NCBI RefSeq assembly: GCF_006345805.1
Contig: NC_042998.1
Span: forward strand, 12,648,001 to 12,712,000
DNA from: Octopus sinensis
Taxonomy: Eukaryota
Length of the DNA stretch: 64,000 nucleotides
Direction: 5' to 3'
A program made the translations under genes and the position numbers. Below, in pieces: positions 63,802-64,000 of the stretch. Under the pieces are notes generated by a model. That model ran no database searches, was not told the origin of the DNA, and saw only the letters and a list, made by a program, of their open reading frames with translations. Each line of letters starts with the position of its first letter. The first letter of the stretch is position 1.

Positions 63802-64000
63802 TGTGTCTGTGTGTGTGTATACATACTTAATCAAAATATACCTTTAATCCGGAGTGTTCAAAGAGAATTGTCGCTTTTGTAACTTCTCTGGTTACATTAA
63901 ATTCGTACTTTCAAGTATAATCACCAAAGTAGTTACTTTGTGATACTCAACTTAATTAATTGTCAAATTAATTGGCAATTATTGTAGGTTTATAACTCAT

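Overview
AT-rich eukaryotic DNA dense in repeats. From recall of its SINE families and its (TA)n, (CA)n and (TAA)n load it is most likely octopus or another coleoid cephalopod; this is an inference, not a database result. No intact protein-coding gene is visible, and most ORFs in the track are microsatellite or SINE read-throughs. Transposon content: one full-length frameshifted mariner, one internally deleted mariner, two pogo/Tigger fossils, three R4/Dong-type LINE fossils plus short Dong 3' ends, CR1, RTE, Copia and Penelope-like (PLE) fossils, and over 30 copies of three modular tRNA-derived SINE groups. Other features: a 5S rRNA-derived sequence heading a longer insert in a (TAA)n tract, a 47-bp minisatellite and a 1.28-kb tandem duplication made by SINE-SINE recombination. 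Three small minus-strand exon candidates at 9.8-11.0 kb suggest the window is largely intronic. The most interesting signal is a set of minimal PLE-type hammerhead ribozyme motifs with non-canonical cores: a swapped G3:C8 pair in two otherwise unrelated elements, U at position 6 in all three copies of another family, and one hammerhead fused behind a tRNA-like Pol III head. Coordinates of degenerate fossils are approximate and were read by eye.
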